Assembly (NCBI GenBank): GCA_973895155.1
Contig: OZ316891.1
Span: forward strand, 13,299,037-13,363,036
Length of the DNA: 64,000 nt
Direction: 5' to 3'
Source: Marsupella aquatica
Taxonomy: Eukaryota; Plantae; Marchantiophyta
Positions within the stretch are counted from its first letter, which is position 1. Each line of letters starts with the position of its first letter. The notes beneath the pieces are model-generated. The model was given only the letters and a program-made list of their open reading frames with translations, was not told where the DNA came from and searched no databases. Below, piece after piece: positions 38,414 through 52,847 of this stretch. Position numbers and translations under genes: made by a program.

Positions 38414-38449
<36 letters not shown>
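38414..38449. repeat. (CT)n(GT)n microsatellite
   Basis: ctctctctctctctctctctctctctctctgtgtgt. Confidence 0.9.
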
Positions 38450-38450
<1 letters not shown>

Positions 38451-39299
38451 ACCGGTCATAAAATTGTACAATATCTCCGTGTAAAACTCCCAACACAGCC
38501 CCCGCCCGCAGCAGCATTAGTTTGCGTAGACACAATCTAGATACCCATCAATCCTTTCTTGCAACGGCAGGCAGGTCGACTTTGCCATGTCCGTGATTTA
38601 CGAGATTTCATTGCTCATTCTGTAGAGTTCGACAGCGCGTACGAACCACGGCCCCACTTATAATTTGCGCTATTGTGTAAGGGCTCGCAATTCTGTTAAA
38701 GGCTCTCTTTGGATGGTAGCCGTGTCCAAGTACAGGTCGATGATGCCTGCCTGCCTGCGGTCATTGCCCTCATCTACTGTAGCTACGAGCTGCCACTCCT
38801 TACTCCTCACGCTCGGTGGTGCGACAGACACTGTCTAATCACTACGCAAGCCTGGCGGCCATTTGTTGCTCGTCCCTGACGCTAACATCTAACGAACCTT
38901 CAAATCAAGTCACACAGCTAGCAGCTACCTATCCCGCTGGGTTGAAGTGATTGAATGCTGATCCGATCTGGAAGCTAATCGAAAATGGGGGTACGTTTAT
39001 TTGATTATTTTCTTTGTATTTAATTATTCATTGCATTTTGGGGGCACTAGTCTGTCCTGTCAAGATCTTCTATCAGCTCATGAGCAAGATTCTATACTAC
39101 TTTTACGTCAAATCTTGAAAAAATAAAAAATATATGCTCTTAAATCACAGCTGCCCATATATGAAGGAGAAGTGTCCAATCAAAATTCCACTCACATTTT
39201 TCCTCTAACTTGACTAATCTCTACCACTTAGGGAATTTTTTTTACTGTTAATTATGAAATGTGGATCATATAGGTAACCCATAGCTCTTGAAGGGATCA

Positions 39300-42200
39300 T
39301 AGTTCTGATTAAGGACCCTCATGAGAGGTCCCTTGCAAATTCCCTGCCACGAGTTTGTGCCACATCAGCACAACCAACAATCAACAGGAAATATATTATT
39401 TTTGACAGTAACAAAAATGTACATTCATGTTTGTGACAAAAATAACGTAATTTTTTGGTGCACCATGCCATAAGTATTAAGCGTAAAAAATACCAAAATA
39501 CAAAAAAAAAGATATCATTTAGTAAAATAAAATTACCACTCTGATGTTTGTCAATGATATATCAATGTTTTATATCAAAATGCTTGTATTTTTTAATTGT
39601 TTGCAACTTTGAAATAATTAATCTGTGGACCACCATGTTCATCCAAGGAATGTGTGTGTGATGAATGCAATCAATTTTAAGCAAGGTGGTAACCAATGCC
39701 AATTTTGAGTCTCCTGGTGGTCTTGGTGTGTACTTGTACAAAAAACAACACTTGAAAGATAGAGGAGATTGATTTGGTTGAGATGATCTCTCTGGTTTAT
39801 CAAATGGAAGGTTAAATGTGGAAGAATTGAGTTTTTTGATGGTTTTCGTTTACACATTGGAAAAATCGTATTTTTACTATTCTTGATTGATGGTTTGTGA
39901 GTTACATTGAGCATTACCATCACACAATAGACAAGAGGACAACACTCAGCTTTTGGCAAAAGAGGACTTGTTGTTTTGGTTGGAAGAACATACAAAATGA
40001 ACAAGACATCGATCACTTCACATGAAGGTTTTGTAGTTTGTTTTTTTAAGAAAGTTTGGGAGAAAGTTATGGTGGGAGCGGAATACCAATATTTGTTTCT
40101 TTAGGATAAAGGCTGCATCTGGCATCAACTTGTGTTCAGAGTGAGCTCCATTTGAAGATTAGAGGGACGCAAACAATTCAAATCAGGAAGCAGGCATTGC
40201 GGACAAGCGATAGCGACGTAATCGAATAAATCAATTTGCAACAACGCACTAAGTTTGTGACGGTGATGTGATTGTGATATCTCTTAATCGAGAAAGGATT
40301 TCCAATGAGCCTCAGATTGACAAATTTTGTCAAGTTCCAAATAAGTTTTTGAATTTCTCTACCTTTCCAATGAGTGTGGTCAACAATAAGAAATTTTGAT
40401 CATGAGTTGATGAATTTTTTTACATTCCAACCTTGGGTCCGACATTGACAAATTTCATGTCAGATTTTGTCACGATACTAAAAAGATCATGAAATTTTCA
40501 ATCTCTCTAGCTTTTTGATGTGTGACATTGAAAGTTTTTGTCAAGAATTAGAGAGATCATGAGTATTCAAATTTCTCTAGCTTTCCAACATTGATAGATT
40601 TTGTCAAATACTAAGAAGATGATGAGTTTCTAATTTTACTCTAGTTTTCCAATGAGTATGAAATTGATAGATTTTATCAAGACAATACTAAAGAGGTCAT
40701 GAGTTTCTTGATGTTGAGCTCTCGGGGGTCTCACTATATGGATGCCTCCCCATCCCCTGCGACGTTTTTAGGCCTCAGACCCCCTAAAATGTAAGAAAAA
40801 ATATTATTTTTCAACCCCTATAAAGTTGGAATATTGTTAGAATATTCCAAAAATTTGGTTAGAAAGACCCTATTGTTCTTCTACAAAAATTCTTAAGTCT
40901 TCCCTTCAAACCAATAAAATGACCCTATCCTTCGTCGCACGTGATGTGTCATTTTTGTGGAAGTGAAACCCCCGAGGTTGAGCTTCCCAATGAATCTAAC
41001 ATTGACACATTTCATCAAGTACTAGGGAGATTGATTATTTAGTTTTATAATGTGGAGCCAAAGGGGCTCCAAAGGGGTTCTAACTATGTATATTTCTATC
41101 GATTGATTATTTTTTCAAACTTATAAACAATAAAAATACAAGCATTTTGATATAAAACACTGATATATCATTGACAAATATCAGAATGGTAACTCTATTT
41201 TACTCTATTGCATTCTGAACCCCTATTTAGATAAAACTGGACGATGAGTGCAATTTTGGATTGATTAATATTTCAACTAAATCATATTTAATCAAAATAA
41301 ATTGATTATTACCAAGCTAACACTCACATGAACCAAAAAACCATAATTTCTGGTACAGAATTCATCACTTGGATTACTATAATGTGTACAATTATAATGA
41401 AAGATGGACAATACATGGTCCAATAATGAATGAACTGTTACAAGGATTGTACAATCACATTATTTAATTTGTACAAATTTACAAGAGTGAAATGCATAAT
41501 CCATGGTCCAGTCATGAATAGACATCCACATATGGGAACCATTCAATGTTCAGTCAGGTTCCTTTCTTGTGATCAATGAAGACAATAATTTTTATTAAAT
41601 AACCATTCTGTTCTTTTCAATCTGTCAAATAAACCAAATAACAAAGTGATGATGATATCACTTATCATTTAAGTAAACTACACTATCTAAGTATCATGAA
41701 GTTGATGTTGGGCCTCATCCTCTAAGCATCTATTCAAATTGTCTTTTCATTGCATGACTTTTTGCTATTCTAACTAAACCACTTTTGGCTGCAGTCCGTG
41801 CCTTGAAACAAGTACCATAGTACAATGTTCACACTTATTGTCTCATTGGAATACCCTAGATCATGTTCCCACTGTTGATTCCAGCAATCTAACCACCGCT
41901 GTCGTGGTTCATATTCTGGTTGATCACATTTTCTTAGCATGTAAGGTTTTTTTATGCTTAATACTTACGGCATGGTGCCCCAAAAATTACATTACTTTTG
42001 CCACAAACATGAATGTACACTTTTGTTATTGTCAAAAATATGATCTGTCAACTTGTTTGTGGTTGGTTGTGATGATGTGGTGCAATCTCGTGGCAGGGAA
42101 TTTGCAAGGGACATCTCATGGGGGTTTGTATCCAATCAATAGGAATGTATAATTATAGTTAGAACCCCTTGGGCTCCACATTGTAATAAAAATAATCTAT

Positions 42201-43233
42201 CTCCTTAGTACTTGATGAAATCTGTCAATGTTTGATTCATTGGAAAACTCAAGATTTAGAAACTCATGACCTCTTTAGTACTATCTTGATAAAATCTATC
42301 AATGGCCCACTCATTGGAAAGCTAGAGCAAAATTAGAAACTCATCATCTCCTTAGGACTTTACAAAATCTATCAATGTTAGGTTTGTTGGAAAGCTAGAG
42401 AAATTCGGTTACTCATGATTGATCTCTCATTAGAAAGCTAAAGAGATTGAAAACCTCATGATCCCTTTAGTACTGACAAAATCTGACATGAAATTTGTCA
42501 ATGTTGGACTCATTGTTGGAAAGCTAAAAGAATTCATGAGCTCATGATCAAAATTTCTTATTGTCACACTAATTGCAAAGGTTGAAAAATTCAAAAACTC
42601 TTTTGGAACTTGACAAAATTATCTAAGGCTCATTGACAACTCTTTCACGATTAAAAGATGTCACAATCCCGTCACCATCACAAACTTAGCTATTGCAAAT
42701 TGATTTCTTTGATTACGTCATCATTGCTTATCCGCAACGCTTGCTTTTTAGCTTGAATTGTTTGCGTCCCTCCAGGCTTCAACTGAAGCTCACTATAAAC
42801 ACAAGTTGATGCCAAATGCAGCCTAAATGTTGAAACGTAACTCACAAATGATCAATCATCCATTAAATTAATCGGTGGATCAATCCCCATGTTCATCCAA
42901 GGAATGTGTGTGTGATGAAGTAAAATCAATTTTCAGCAAGGCAGTAACTGATGGTTTTGAGTCTCCCAATGGTCTTGGTGTGTGCTCATACAAAAGAGAA
43001 CACTCGAAAGATAGAGGAGATCTCTTTGGTTGAGATGCTCCATCCTGTTTTATTATCAAACGGAAGGTTGAATGTGGAGGAATTGAATTTTTTTACGGTT
43101 TTTGCTTTAACATTGGAGAAATCGTGTTTCTACCAATCCTGATTGATCATTTGTGAGTTACGTTTCAACATTTAGGTTGCATTTGGCATCAACTTGTGTT
43201 CATAGTGAGCTTCAGTTCCACCGATTAATTTAA
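39300..43233. repeat. Rearranged inverted/direct repeat block with internal ~70-75 bp satellite-like units
   Basis: ~40110-41090 is the reverse complement of ~42155-42825; ~39310-39490 of ~41945-42135; ~39520-39595 of ~41130-41205; ~39635-39910 is directly repeated at ~42889-43170; 42781-42858 is inverted at 43140-43217. Confidence 0.8.
40721..40976 (-). mobile_element. 256-bp MITE of the CTCGGGGG-TIR family
   Basis: Ends CTCGGGGGTCTCACT / AGTGAAACCCCCGAG; exact 8-bp TSD GTTGAGCT (40713-40720, 40977-40984); the inverted paralogous arm near 42235-42270 has the empty site. Confidence 0.9.
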
Positions 43234-45878
43234 GTGCCCGTTTAAGTGTACTAAGGTCTTGTTTTTGGAGCATTATGGGCAGCAATAGCCCGGAGCTAAA
43301 GCTTCCTTTACAGGACTTATTGTATAAAATAATTCACTGTGATCACTGAGAAGTCTTGGTCATGTCTAGAGAAAATTGACAGATTTTTTGTCTTGGATGC
43401 TCAAGTTTTACTATTTAGCTTCAGACCCCATTAGCCACAATCCTTTGCCGTGATCCTTTGATTATCCTTAAATCTAGAAAAATCTAATGGTCAAAAATTA
43501 ATTCTAGAAAATTAGATGAAAGCTTATTCTTACAATCCTTTCCTTTGCCCAAGGAGCTCAGCCAGCTCAGCCAAGGAGATATTCCCGCCTGGCTTGGAGA
43601 GAAGAAAAATCCCTAGAAATTACCCTGGTTGTTTAGCATTCTTCTTAGAAAACAGTTATGGACCGGATGGAAACCCTTTCACACAATACATATCTTAATA
43701 ATAAATAGCAAACAAAAACTACACTTGCCGTGTAAGTTGCTAGAGTGAAGAGTCTAGACCATAACTCTAAGGCTCCGCCATATGCATGTGGAGGGAGAGG
43801 ATGAGATGTATTCATTGTATGTCAAGATTATGACACCTGTTCACTGCTGATTTTTGTCATCATCTCAATTGTCATTCAAAGAATGGGCATTGAGGCTTGT
43901 TACACCAAAGAATAATCTGTGATGAAAACAAAACAGTCATGTTTGGAAATTTGTAACCCTCTGAATTCTTTATGAAAGTTGATGATGCAGGACTCGTTTG
44001 AAACATCTTTCCAAGGAGCTTCCAACTAGCCCAGAAACAGACATTGCCACTCTCTTAATTCTTTCTGAAAGTTGATGATTAATGACTAGTTTGAAACATG
44101 TTTCCAAGCAACTTTGAACTAACCCAGGAACACAGGAACAGGCAGTCCTGCTACTCCAGCTGCTACCCATCAAGGGAAAAATTGGAGATCAAAGTTATAA
44201 ATTCTTCAGGAACAGGAAAAGGGAGAGGGAGTGACAGTGTAAAGGATGTCACAGTCCATGCAGATTATATAGTTGACAAACTTCAGATTCCCTTCTTCTT
44301 CTTCTTTTCCCATAGCCTGGCCCACAGCTGGAACAAGGCCGGGCAACTTTATTGAACAGAGACAAATACAACTCCGCCCAGGAGAAGGGGGCAGGAGAAA
44401 AAGAAGAAGAAGCAATTAATGGGGCTAAAAGCAGGAGCGCACCCAGAGCTGAGGAAGGAGCCAGCAAACTGATCACCAATAGGGGAGGAGGCGACCCAGG
44501 GAAATGAGCCCAACAACAGATTGCCTGAAAGGGGGGAGACCCAAAACCTACCACCAAAACAAAAGACAAAATAGACATAAAACCAACCGAGATCCATCCA
44601 ATTCTGCACACAGAACTAGAATTCCATTCTTGACTGGCCCATAAACATAATAAATCTTACCATTTTCTTAATTCACCAGGGTCGCCAATGTTATGTTAAG
44701 TGAAGGCCATGGAGGAGAATTCACATTTTCTAGGTTTGTTTTGATCATCATTTCTCCTTAGATTGTTGTTAGCAGACCCTATCACTTGTTCATAGACTGG
44801 CCAATAAGACTCAAAACCTCTGCCCATTGTTTGCCAAGAGCGAGCAAAGCTTTCTGGATGAGGTGGAATTTGGTCATGTACAGCGAAAAGCGAGGAAGGT
44901 TTTTGGATTTCGCCACTTCAAAAAAATGCTCTTTCCGCTCATCGGCGACTGGTTTTTACCAGCGCTCAGAGTCGGGTAAGAAGGAAGGAAAAGGAGGTGG
45001 TTTTCGTAACTATGCACTCACACCACCGTATTGATCACAAGCGTCCGATTTTCGATTTCTACCACGGAGTTTCACTGAGTTACTGCACCGTTGGGCCTCA
45101 TGGGCGCTGATGTGACCTGCCATTGCGCCCTTACCGGTACATTGCACTGCGGTACTACAGAAAAGGACGGGCGTATTGCAGGAGTCCAGAGGATAGTGAT
45201 ACTGCTACTGTAGAGCAGTATGGAGCGGCCGCGCCTCCTTGATGGGGTCCGAAATTCTCACTGCGTCTTATTTGGCAGATTTGTCCAGGGGGAGGGTTTG
45301 TTGGGTAGGGTCACCCATGAATGCAAGGATTATGGAATGCAATCCCGAGTGCGCGTGAGCCCAGGGGCTACAGCCATGATCCGAATGGCAAATCATGGAT
45401 TACTGAGTGGAACCCCAGGTGTAGTTTTGCTCTAATTTTTACCTGAAAAGTGTGCCAAATTTTGGATATGTAATAACACTCCAGACCGGCTAGTCAATGG
45501 GACCAAATTCTCATAACCCCAGATTATTAACTTAATTCAGTACTGAATATATGTATTATAATGAATAATGGTCTGGGCCGAGGTTCTAGTCCAAAACCTG
45601 CTCCCAGAATACCCAGAATAGCTCCCTAGCTACTGGTTAAGATTGGTCAGACAAATTTTCTTCACTTTTTGGTCAAGTCAGTATTATAGCCAAGTCATTG
45701 TGTGCCCGGACTGTTTTTATATTATACCTACTGTCTTCCCCCTAACAGTGAGAGCGCCTGGGTGTCCCTTGACTTAAAATGCATTTCAAGTGGAACATAA
45801 CGTAGTTTTAACACAATGCCCGGGGCATAGTGTTTGAGTTGGAAGTGTGTTTGAGTTTTGACTCTAAAGTGATCTACA

Positions 45879-46051
45879 TTAAACCACAACTGCCCTTCAA
45901 AAGCTAAGGGTTACTTGTAGTTACCATTAAAAATAAATATTTCCTGAAATTGTGAAACAAACTGGCATGCTAGAGAAGAAGAGTGATTGAAATGTGAAAA
46001 AAGGGGGAGGTCTTGGACACTTCCCCTTATATAGAGCAAGTTGTGGTTTAA
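45879..46051. mobile_element. Small TIR element (~173 bp)
   Basis: TTAAACCACAACT / AGTTGTGGTTTAA inverted ends; its right part resembles 11182-11238 (atgtggaaaaagggggacacttccccc...gtcgtggtctaa). Confidence 0.45.
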
Positions 46052-48202
46052 GTTGGTACAAACAATAAAAAATTCATGAATCATAAAACAATGTCAATTC
46101 TGAAACACAAAACCAATATTTTTACCACAAGGACATAATGTCTGTGTCAAGTACAAAAAAATAAAAACACACAAAATTCAAATACGTACAACACCCGGGG
46201 GGGCACTATTAGATGGAGCGGCCCATGGCTCATTATTCGAATACAAGGCCATGACACTCTCTTTGGGAAAGACGCTAGCTCCAGCTAGAATTTGGTTGTC
46301 TGGAGGCCCATTGTTCCGCTCCAGTTAATTAACCAAGCACCGGTGCAGCAGATGCCCTTATGAGTAACAATGGACTGACTTGATACGATGAAATGTTGAA
46401 CGTACAGTATGTATGGTATGCATGTACGAGCTGCACATGACAGTAGGGCGCCGCGGCTTCACGCTCCCGTAGCGCAGCTGAAGATTCCGTTTTTGTTTGA
46501 AGGGAGGCCCTTGCATTTGCACAAGAGTGACGCGTCAATAAGATACTAGTGCAGAAGTATGTGGCTCGCTCCGATCACGCTCCTTCTCCTCCCCAGAACT
46601 TGAACTTTGATGAGTCTGACCTGCAGCGAGTGCTGGATGAACTTCGAGAAGTTGCAGTGAGCGATCGATCCTTTTATTGCTATCGAACACGGTGCAAAAA
46701 AATTTCACGAGACGCATCGTACGCTAGGCTGGCTGTGCCATCGATCGTCTTGTTTCGACCTAAATCCATACCGCGTTGGCTTCGCAATTTGCGTTGAAGT
46801 GGCATGCATTGAGCGGGAGGCGTCGGTCCTGTATCAGATGATGGCATGATGCAAGCGATCGAGTTTCAGGATTGTTGCCCGAATGAAACGGGCTTAAAGG
46901 ACAGTGAAGGTCCTGATCGAGACTCAGCCGCAATAATGCAATAGCTTCCGGGGCCGATGACAGACACTACGAACTTGTGTAGCTAGGAGACCGGGTTGAG
47001 TAGTACAGGCATTTGGTAGCAACATTCTTGCGTTATGTTGATATTCGACGACCTGCTAAGATTATTCGATGTGCACCTACGATGGAAAATTCTTGGAGTG
47101 TGAACGTCGAGCGTGTACAGATCTTGACAGAAATGCGGGTGAACACGTTTGTATCCCATTAGAAAAATCTTTCCCATTCGATTGCAGCGAACACGCCAAA
47201 AGTTTGGCACTTGCGTTAAGTGACAGCGCGGCTAGAAGAAGAAACAATCCAGCCTCTTGCGAAATTTGTCAAAGATTGGAATCAATCACTGTTTTCGGCA
47301 GGCCGATCTAGAATTCCTTCTGTTTTTGGCCGGTAAGATCTGCACCTGCTTACCAAAATTGCAAGAGGAAACCAGCAGGTGAATGACTGTCATCAAGATG
47401 CGTGACTGATAATGCACTTGTGGAATGATCCGGAATGTACGATTTTGAGTCTATTGTCAGTCGTCACAGGTCAGCGTTTGATGGTCGACTTTCAAATTAA
47501 GGCTATTCAATTTTTTCGTGTGATGATCATATGTATAGCTCACTGGATCGTAGAGTCTTTCTTTTGTACCACTAAAGTCATAGATATGATATGAACTTAG
47601 ACATTGATCATCCATCAAGCTGGATTTGGCAAAAGCTTTGCACGTACGATTAGTGTCGCCGAGGATGACGATCATGACCAGGGTTGTTTCAGACGAAGGT
47701 CCGCCATAAATGGCTCAAGAAACGCTGCAGAAAAAGTGGTTCCAGTCGCAGGCGGCGAATATTGCTCAGATTGACGGACCCCCAGCATTTTCAACCCTTC
47801 ATTCCAGCCAAAGCCTCCACATAGCTGTCGGTACGTCGAACACTTCAAATTTTGCGCCTGAAATTTCAATTGAAGAACCGAACCTTCACGTTGAAAGAAG
47901 CTCTTGATTAAGTGACTGACAAGGAGGTCGATCATCGCAAACTTGTCCACATCCGGCCTGCCATGCATCTGCCTGGCCTTCACGTGGAATGTGGTTAGAT
48001 CTTGATCTCGGGTGGTAATTACATAGATCTTGCTGAACGCACGCCTTCGGTGGGTTGCATGCAAGAGGAATCTTTCCTCACCCCAAAAAGAATCGCCTGG
48101 GGATTCATGACACTACGGATTCTCTGGTGGTTCCGATTGATAAGGCAATGAGAAGTCTGAGTTGAAGACGTCTTTGGCGGGGAGCTGTGGTTAGATACTC
48201 TT

Positions 48203-51200
48203 TTGTGCCTGAGAGCTTGTAAACTATCCCCCAGCCATAGGAGAGGACTCTGGGATATCGCCAATAGGTTCTGTTTTGTCATCTTTTATAAACGGAATGA
48301 CGCGGCAGAAGTGATCTTGGCAGGTGATTTCGTTCACATTCATCCAACGAATACGCAATTGAGACTCTACATCGCCAGAGTTGAAGGCCTGTATCAGGAC
48401 ATCGGCGGGAAATGGTTTTTAAATGTTCGCTGGTACGTTGGGGTTGTGTGCAAGCAAATCGTGAATTCATTCCCTAGATATCTCAGCGACTCTTTGCAGG
48501 TGTGTTATTTGAGATGTATGATATTTTGACGTTGTCTGCTACACGTATGAACCTCCGAGTGTCATCGAAGGCCACACTCTCTGCCAGACTTATCACAAGT
48601 ACGTAGCGGTCTCAAATTGGTTGGCGCCTGAAGGGCCTCGTAGATCGAGATATGAACTCGTCCTCTACACATAAGAAGGTGCGGAGGCCAAGAGGTGGGG
48701 AGGAAGAGGGGAGAAGACGGGGGGGAGGGGGAGTAATGAGCTTAATAATGTCAAAGGAATCAACACCGTTACACCACTGATTTCGCGTGGCAGAGTCACA
48801 AACTTTGTCCCAATGTTCAAAGCCTTGTATCATGTAGGCTGTCTACACGAGCTCAATCATAAAAAATTCTTTCACTCGTTAATAGCCAATGCTTCTGAGG
48901 ATTATTTCTTTCATCGACATCTTTCTGGAAAGATGGTAGGAACGAATTGCCATGTTCACATGTGCTTCCATGTTACGAACATCAGGTACTGCAGTATTTG
49001 CAGGTCACGGTTGCCTTGACCACCTCTGGTTAGATCAAATCCGTGCTTCCATGATTTTCCAAGTACTGGAGAACAATCGCTGATCGACAACTTGCATCGG
49101 ATTTTCCTCGCGATAACGCTTTATAATAACATAGATGCCTTGAGAAAAGCGAGATGGTAAGAAATTAGTGAACTGTCCATCGATATGAACCTGCACAGAT
49201 TTAATTAATTATGTACATAGTCTATCTCCGTTACCAGGTTGCGATTCATTTAGTAATCATTTCTGTCGTTTGCATTCACCATTCTTGACAGGTACTACAG
49301 GCCTGAAGATCTACAACACCAGCCTCCGTGCCAACCACAAGCACAGGAAGTTTACCGTATCCTTTTCAACTGTACTCTTCGGAACCTTCACGCACACAAA
49401 TTCTGTGTGGCCGGACCGTACAGCGAGTTCCCCGTCGTATCGCCTACAAGACGCAGAGTAGTTGGCAGGGTAGTAGGTTTCGCATAATCTCCCGATCTCT
49501 CACAATCAAGTCCAGTGAACCTTGATCATATGTGCCTGTTCTATTTGTAGTTGGAGATCTTGCATTGAAGCCTTAATTTGAATTCTGACGTCGTAGGGGA
49601 TTGCGCCATCGCTGAAGTAAGCTGGTCAATAGCTTCATGTACCAAGACTTTCATGGAAGATTTACCTTCACATGTTTTGAATAGATACTGATCATCTCGA
49701 CTGTCAATCGGTCGATTCTATAGCGGGTCAATGCCAGGTTATTTTCAAAACAGACATTCTGAAGCTGGTCACCAATGAAAGGTATAAACATCGATCAGCA
49801 ATGTCTGTCCAGAGCCCGGTCCAGTGCTAAGCTACTCAACAAGAACTTTTAGCTAATGCAAATCTGAACTCCTTCCCTGCAATCTGAGATCTTCAGGGAA
49901 CTTTCTTGAACCAGCTCAAAACTTCTGCCGACGTACGAAGAATGCTCTCCATGGCTGCTTCACTAAGGTCGTTGGTGGCTATGTTGCAGGTGTATTACTA
50001 ATGTAAAACATGTTACATACATTTGCGAGTTCACATATTCGTCTCAGACGGGTGTATTTAGTCCTCTGAGTCGAAGGGATGAATATCCAAGTAATTACTC
50101 CTCGTCCCTCCCATTTCCTTGAATCTGTATTAGAGAGGCCAAAGTGCCACCAGAATATGGCCGAAAACTGACTTCAGGAACATAGCCTACGTACAGGAGT
50201 TCAACAAGATTCGTTGATGAATTGAGGTCATATATTTCGAAATAAGCTAGCAACATTCATAGAATAATTTCTATCTTGGCAATTATTATCTGCTCCTCGA
50301 ATATCACGATCAAATACTGCTAGGACGACCCGAACACTCAGCTTTCTTGGCGAGTAGAGCATTTCTAAGCAGCCCTTTGCGTAATTCAAGTCCAAAGTAA
50401 CTACAAATCTCATGATTGACAATGTGCGCGAGAATGTATGACTGAGGTGTTCTAGAATCTTCGCCAGACTTGTATGACTGAGGTGTTCTAGAATCTTCGC
50501 CAGACTTGTGCTTCCTCATAAGCCTGTAGATGAACTACAACGCATATCTGTTAGTCTAGAATCATTTTTTAGGTATATTTAGAAAGAGAATTTAGAAAGA
50601 GGATATAATTTTGAGTTTTGTTTAGGTATATCGATCCATAATGTTTCGAATCATAATAACAGTTTCACGAATTTATTTTAGTTTTACGGCAAGCTCCACA
50701 TTGAGTATGAAAGATGATGAATATGATTAGAGATTTGTGGAACTGATACTTGATATATCAACAAGAACAGGCGATTCTTTATCCGGAGCGAAACATCTTG
50801 GTGGTCCGAGCACTCGTGGTACTGCTGCTGTCGCTAAGGAGCTCGCCGAGGTACGTTCACGGGTAGATCATACTACCGTGTTTCTGGACAAGGCCAACAG
50901 TAAAAGCCTTCCCGTATGCAAGTGTTGGTCTTGAACGAGCTTGTTGGTCTTGAACGAGCTTTCAGCTGTAAAAGTCTTGCAATACTCGTAGTCCTGAGTC
51001 GCACAAGGTGTTACCATAATGCCTTACATATGTGTGCATTGCAGGATCTCATGCATTTGATCAGAGTGCGTCTTGCTGACCATCCAGCCAGTTGAAACTT
51101 TCTTATGCTAAAAATCCCGTTCTGCAATCAATTAGCCTATTTAATTTGCGTAACATATAAGGATATATATGAAGCACGCTTAATGACTATTAATTTCTTT

Positions 51201-52433
51201 GATGGACAATGCAATCGTTATGAGTAAGATTTGGACTGACTCACGAATCGTTCGTGCAGGTGTTACTAGATGTCGAAGCGGGTATTCCCAAAGAAATCCT
51301 ACCGAGCTCCTGGGTGAATTTTCGTCAGGTATGATTAGGCTCACTATCGGCGACGATACCTCGACATGGCTGGCCTAGCTAGATTGATGTAGTCGGGCAG
51401 CACTGGGGACAATTTGACCGTAAGACTGGAGTCTTTGTAATTAGCAATTGCTTTCTGACGACATGAATATGATACAGAATGTTTGAGCCCTCGCACCCCT
51501 TAACACATGTGAATTGAAATGTTGAATGTTAATCCAAGTCCCACCCTCAAAAAAAACATTACAGTATGTACGTCATCGAGGTAGGTGAATGCCATACTTG
51601 AGCCGAATTTACGCAGACAAAAACTCTCTAAACTAATTGCGTAATGCTAGCTTTCTTGGAGAAACTGTTATATAGAACCGGGTCGTCTTAGCTGTCTCGA
51701 AGACAGGTTCAAGTTTCAGACCTTGAATTCTATTTCTAGTGATAATTGTTAGGAACCATTACAAGTCGGTATGAATCTGCTTTTGTTTCTGGTTGTTTGT
51801 TGCAGACATGGTTATATAAAACAACCAATGCAAAGACGATAAAGGAAGTGGCGCACGCTTTGCTGGATCTGGAGGACGGTGTTCGGATATTAAACGACAG
51901 AAGAACTATCCTGCAGACTCCTAAAGATCATAGTGCTTGGAGAAAGACTGTCTCTGGGATCCATACTTACGATCTGGTATGTACTGCAGATACTTTCTCT
52001 ACACTCTGGGACGTACCTAATTTGGTAAACGTAATACGGCCGTCTATATAGATGACTCTAGAGGGTACAATCTTGTATAGAATCAAAGTAGTCTTATAGA
52101 AATTTGATCGCTTGCGGTCGTTTCATAGATGTGCCTATGTATCATGCGTATCGCATATTGTGGTGATCCTATGCTACGTACAGCTGGCGAAATATGTCAA
52201 GCTGTTCAAACTTGATGCGGAGCACATCATAATGACCTCTGTGACCAGTCAACCTACACGAGGCTTCCATTTTGATCACGGCCTTGAAAAGCGCAAGTTC
52301 CTTCCCGACACAACACCGAAAAAGTTGCAGAAAGTGGACGGGATCCATCCATCTTTCCGGCACGACCCTAGCATTGAGTCTGGTCAGCCAGAAGCGAGGC
52401 CGGTCACTGTGGAGGTTCTTCCTCCGAGCTCAA
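48203..52433 (+). CDS. BAH domain plus WHIM3/WSD-like helical exons, apparently the 5' part of the SWI1/AM1 transcript (start unresolved)
   Basis: Exons ...-48432 (AGDFVHIHPTNTQLRLYIARVEGLYQDIGGKWFLNVRW), 49292-49476 (YYRPEDL...EVY), 49897-49989 (NFCRR), 50771-50850, 51260-51328 (VLLDVEAGIPKEILPSSWVNFRQ), 51806-51976 (TWLYKTTNAKTIKEVAHALLDLEDGV), 52184-52433; all GT-AG with matching phases. In-frame TGA at 48158 upstream. Confidence 0.65.
50435..50509. repeat. Perfect 36-bp tandem duplication (intronic)
   Basis: tgtatgactgaggtgttctagaatcttcgccagact x2. Confidence 0.9.
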
Positions 52434-52847
52434 GTAAGTTTCTAGAAGCGTCGAGATATTTACCATCCGGCTCATTTAATTACATCCCAAGTCAGATTCA
52501 ATGAACTCATGTCGAGCTTGTTAGTAACGTCGGGAATAAGAGACATGGGACCCATTGATGTCGACATTAGTTGTTTGTAATATTCCTCTGCTTCTAAGTC
52601 TATGAATCTTCCAGAGTTTGACAATGTTAGATCAGATCACACAAAACAATTTCAACCAACCTGTGGACCATCTGTTGAAATAATGACGGGCTAGCCCAAG
52701 TTCTGCAACGTCGATATTAATCGACTCCTCAGATCTTCGGTGCAGTGGACGTGCACAGTGCTCGATCACACAGGATGTGCATTCCTAGTACTACTACTTC
52801 AAAATTAGGACCTCAAATTGCTAATGTGCACTGCATGGCCCGCGCAG

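Noticed and set aside
36250-39100. CpG-rich stretch as a possible miRNA or ncRNA locus
   Set aside because: No convincing long hairpin, known mature miRNA or tRNA/rRNA motif recognised.
48203-49476. BAH exon as an ASI1 partner for the transposon's EDM2-like PHD
   Set aside because: No RRM follows, it splices into SWI1, and it lies ~13 kb outside the element; co-location is best treated as chance.
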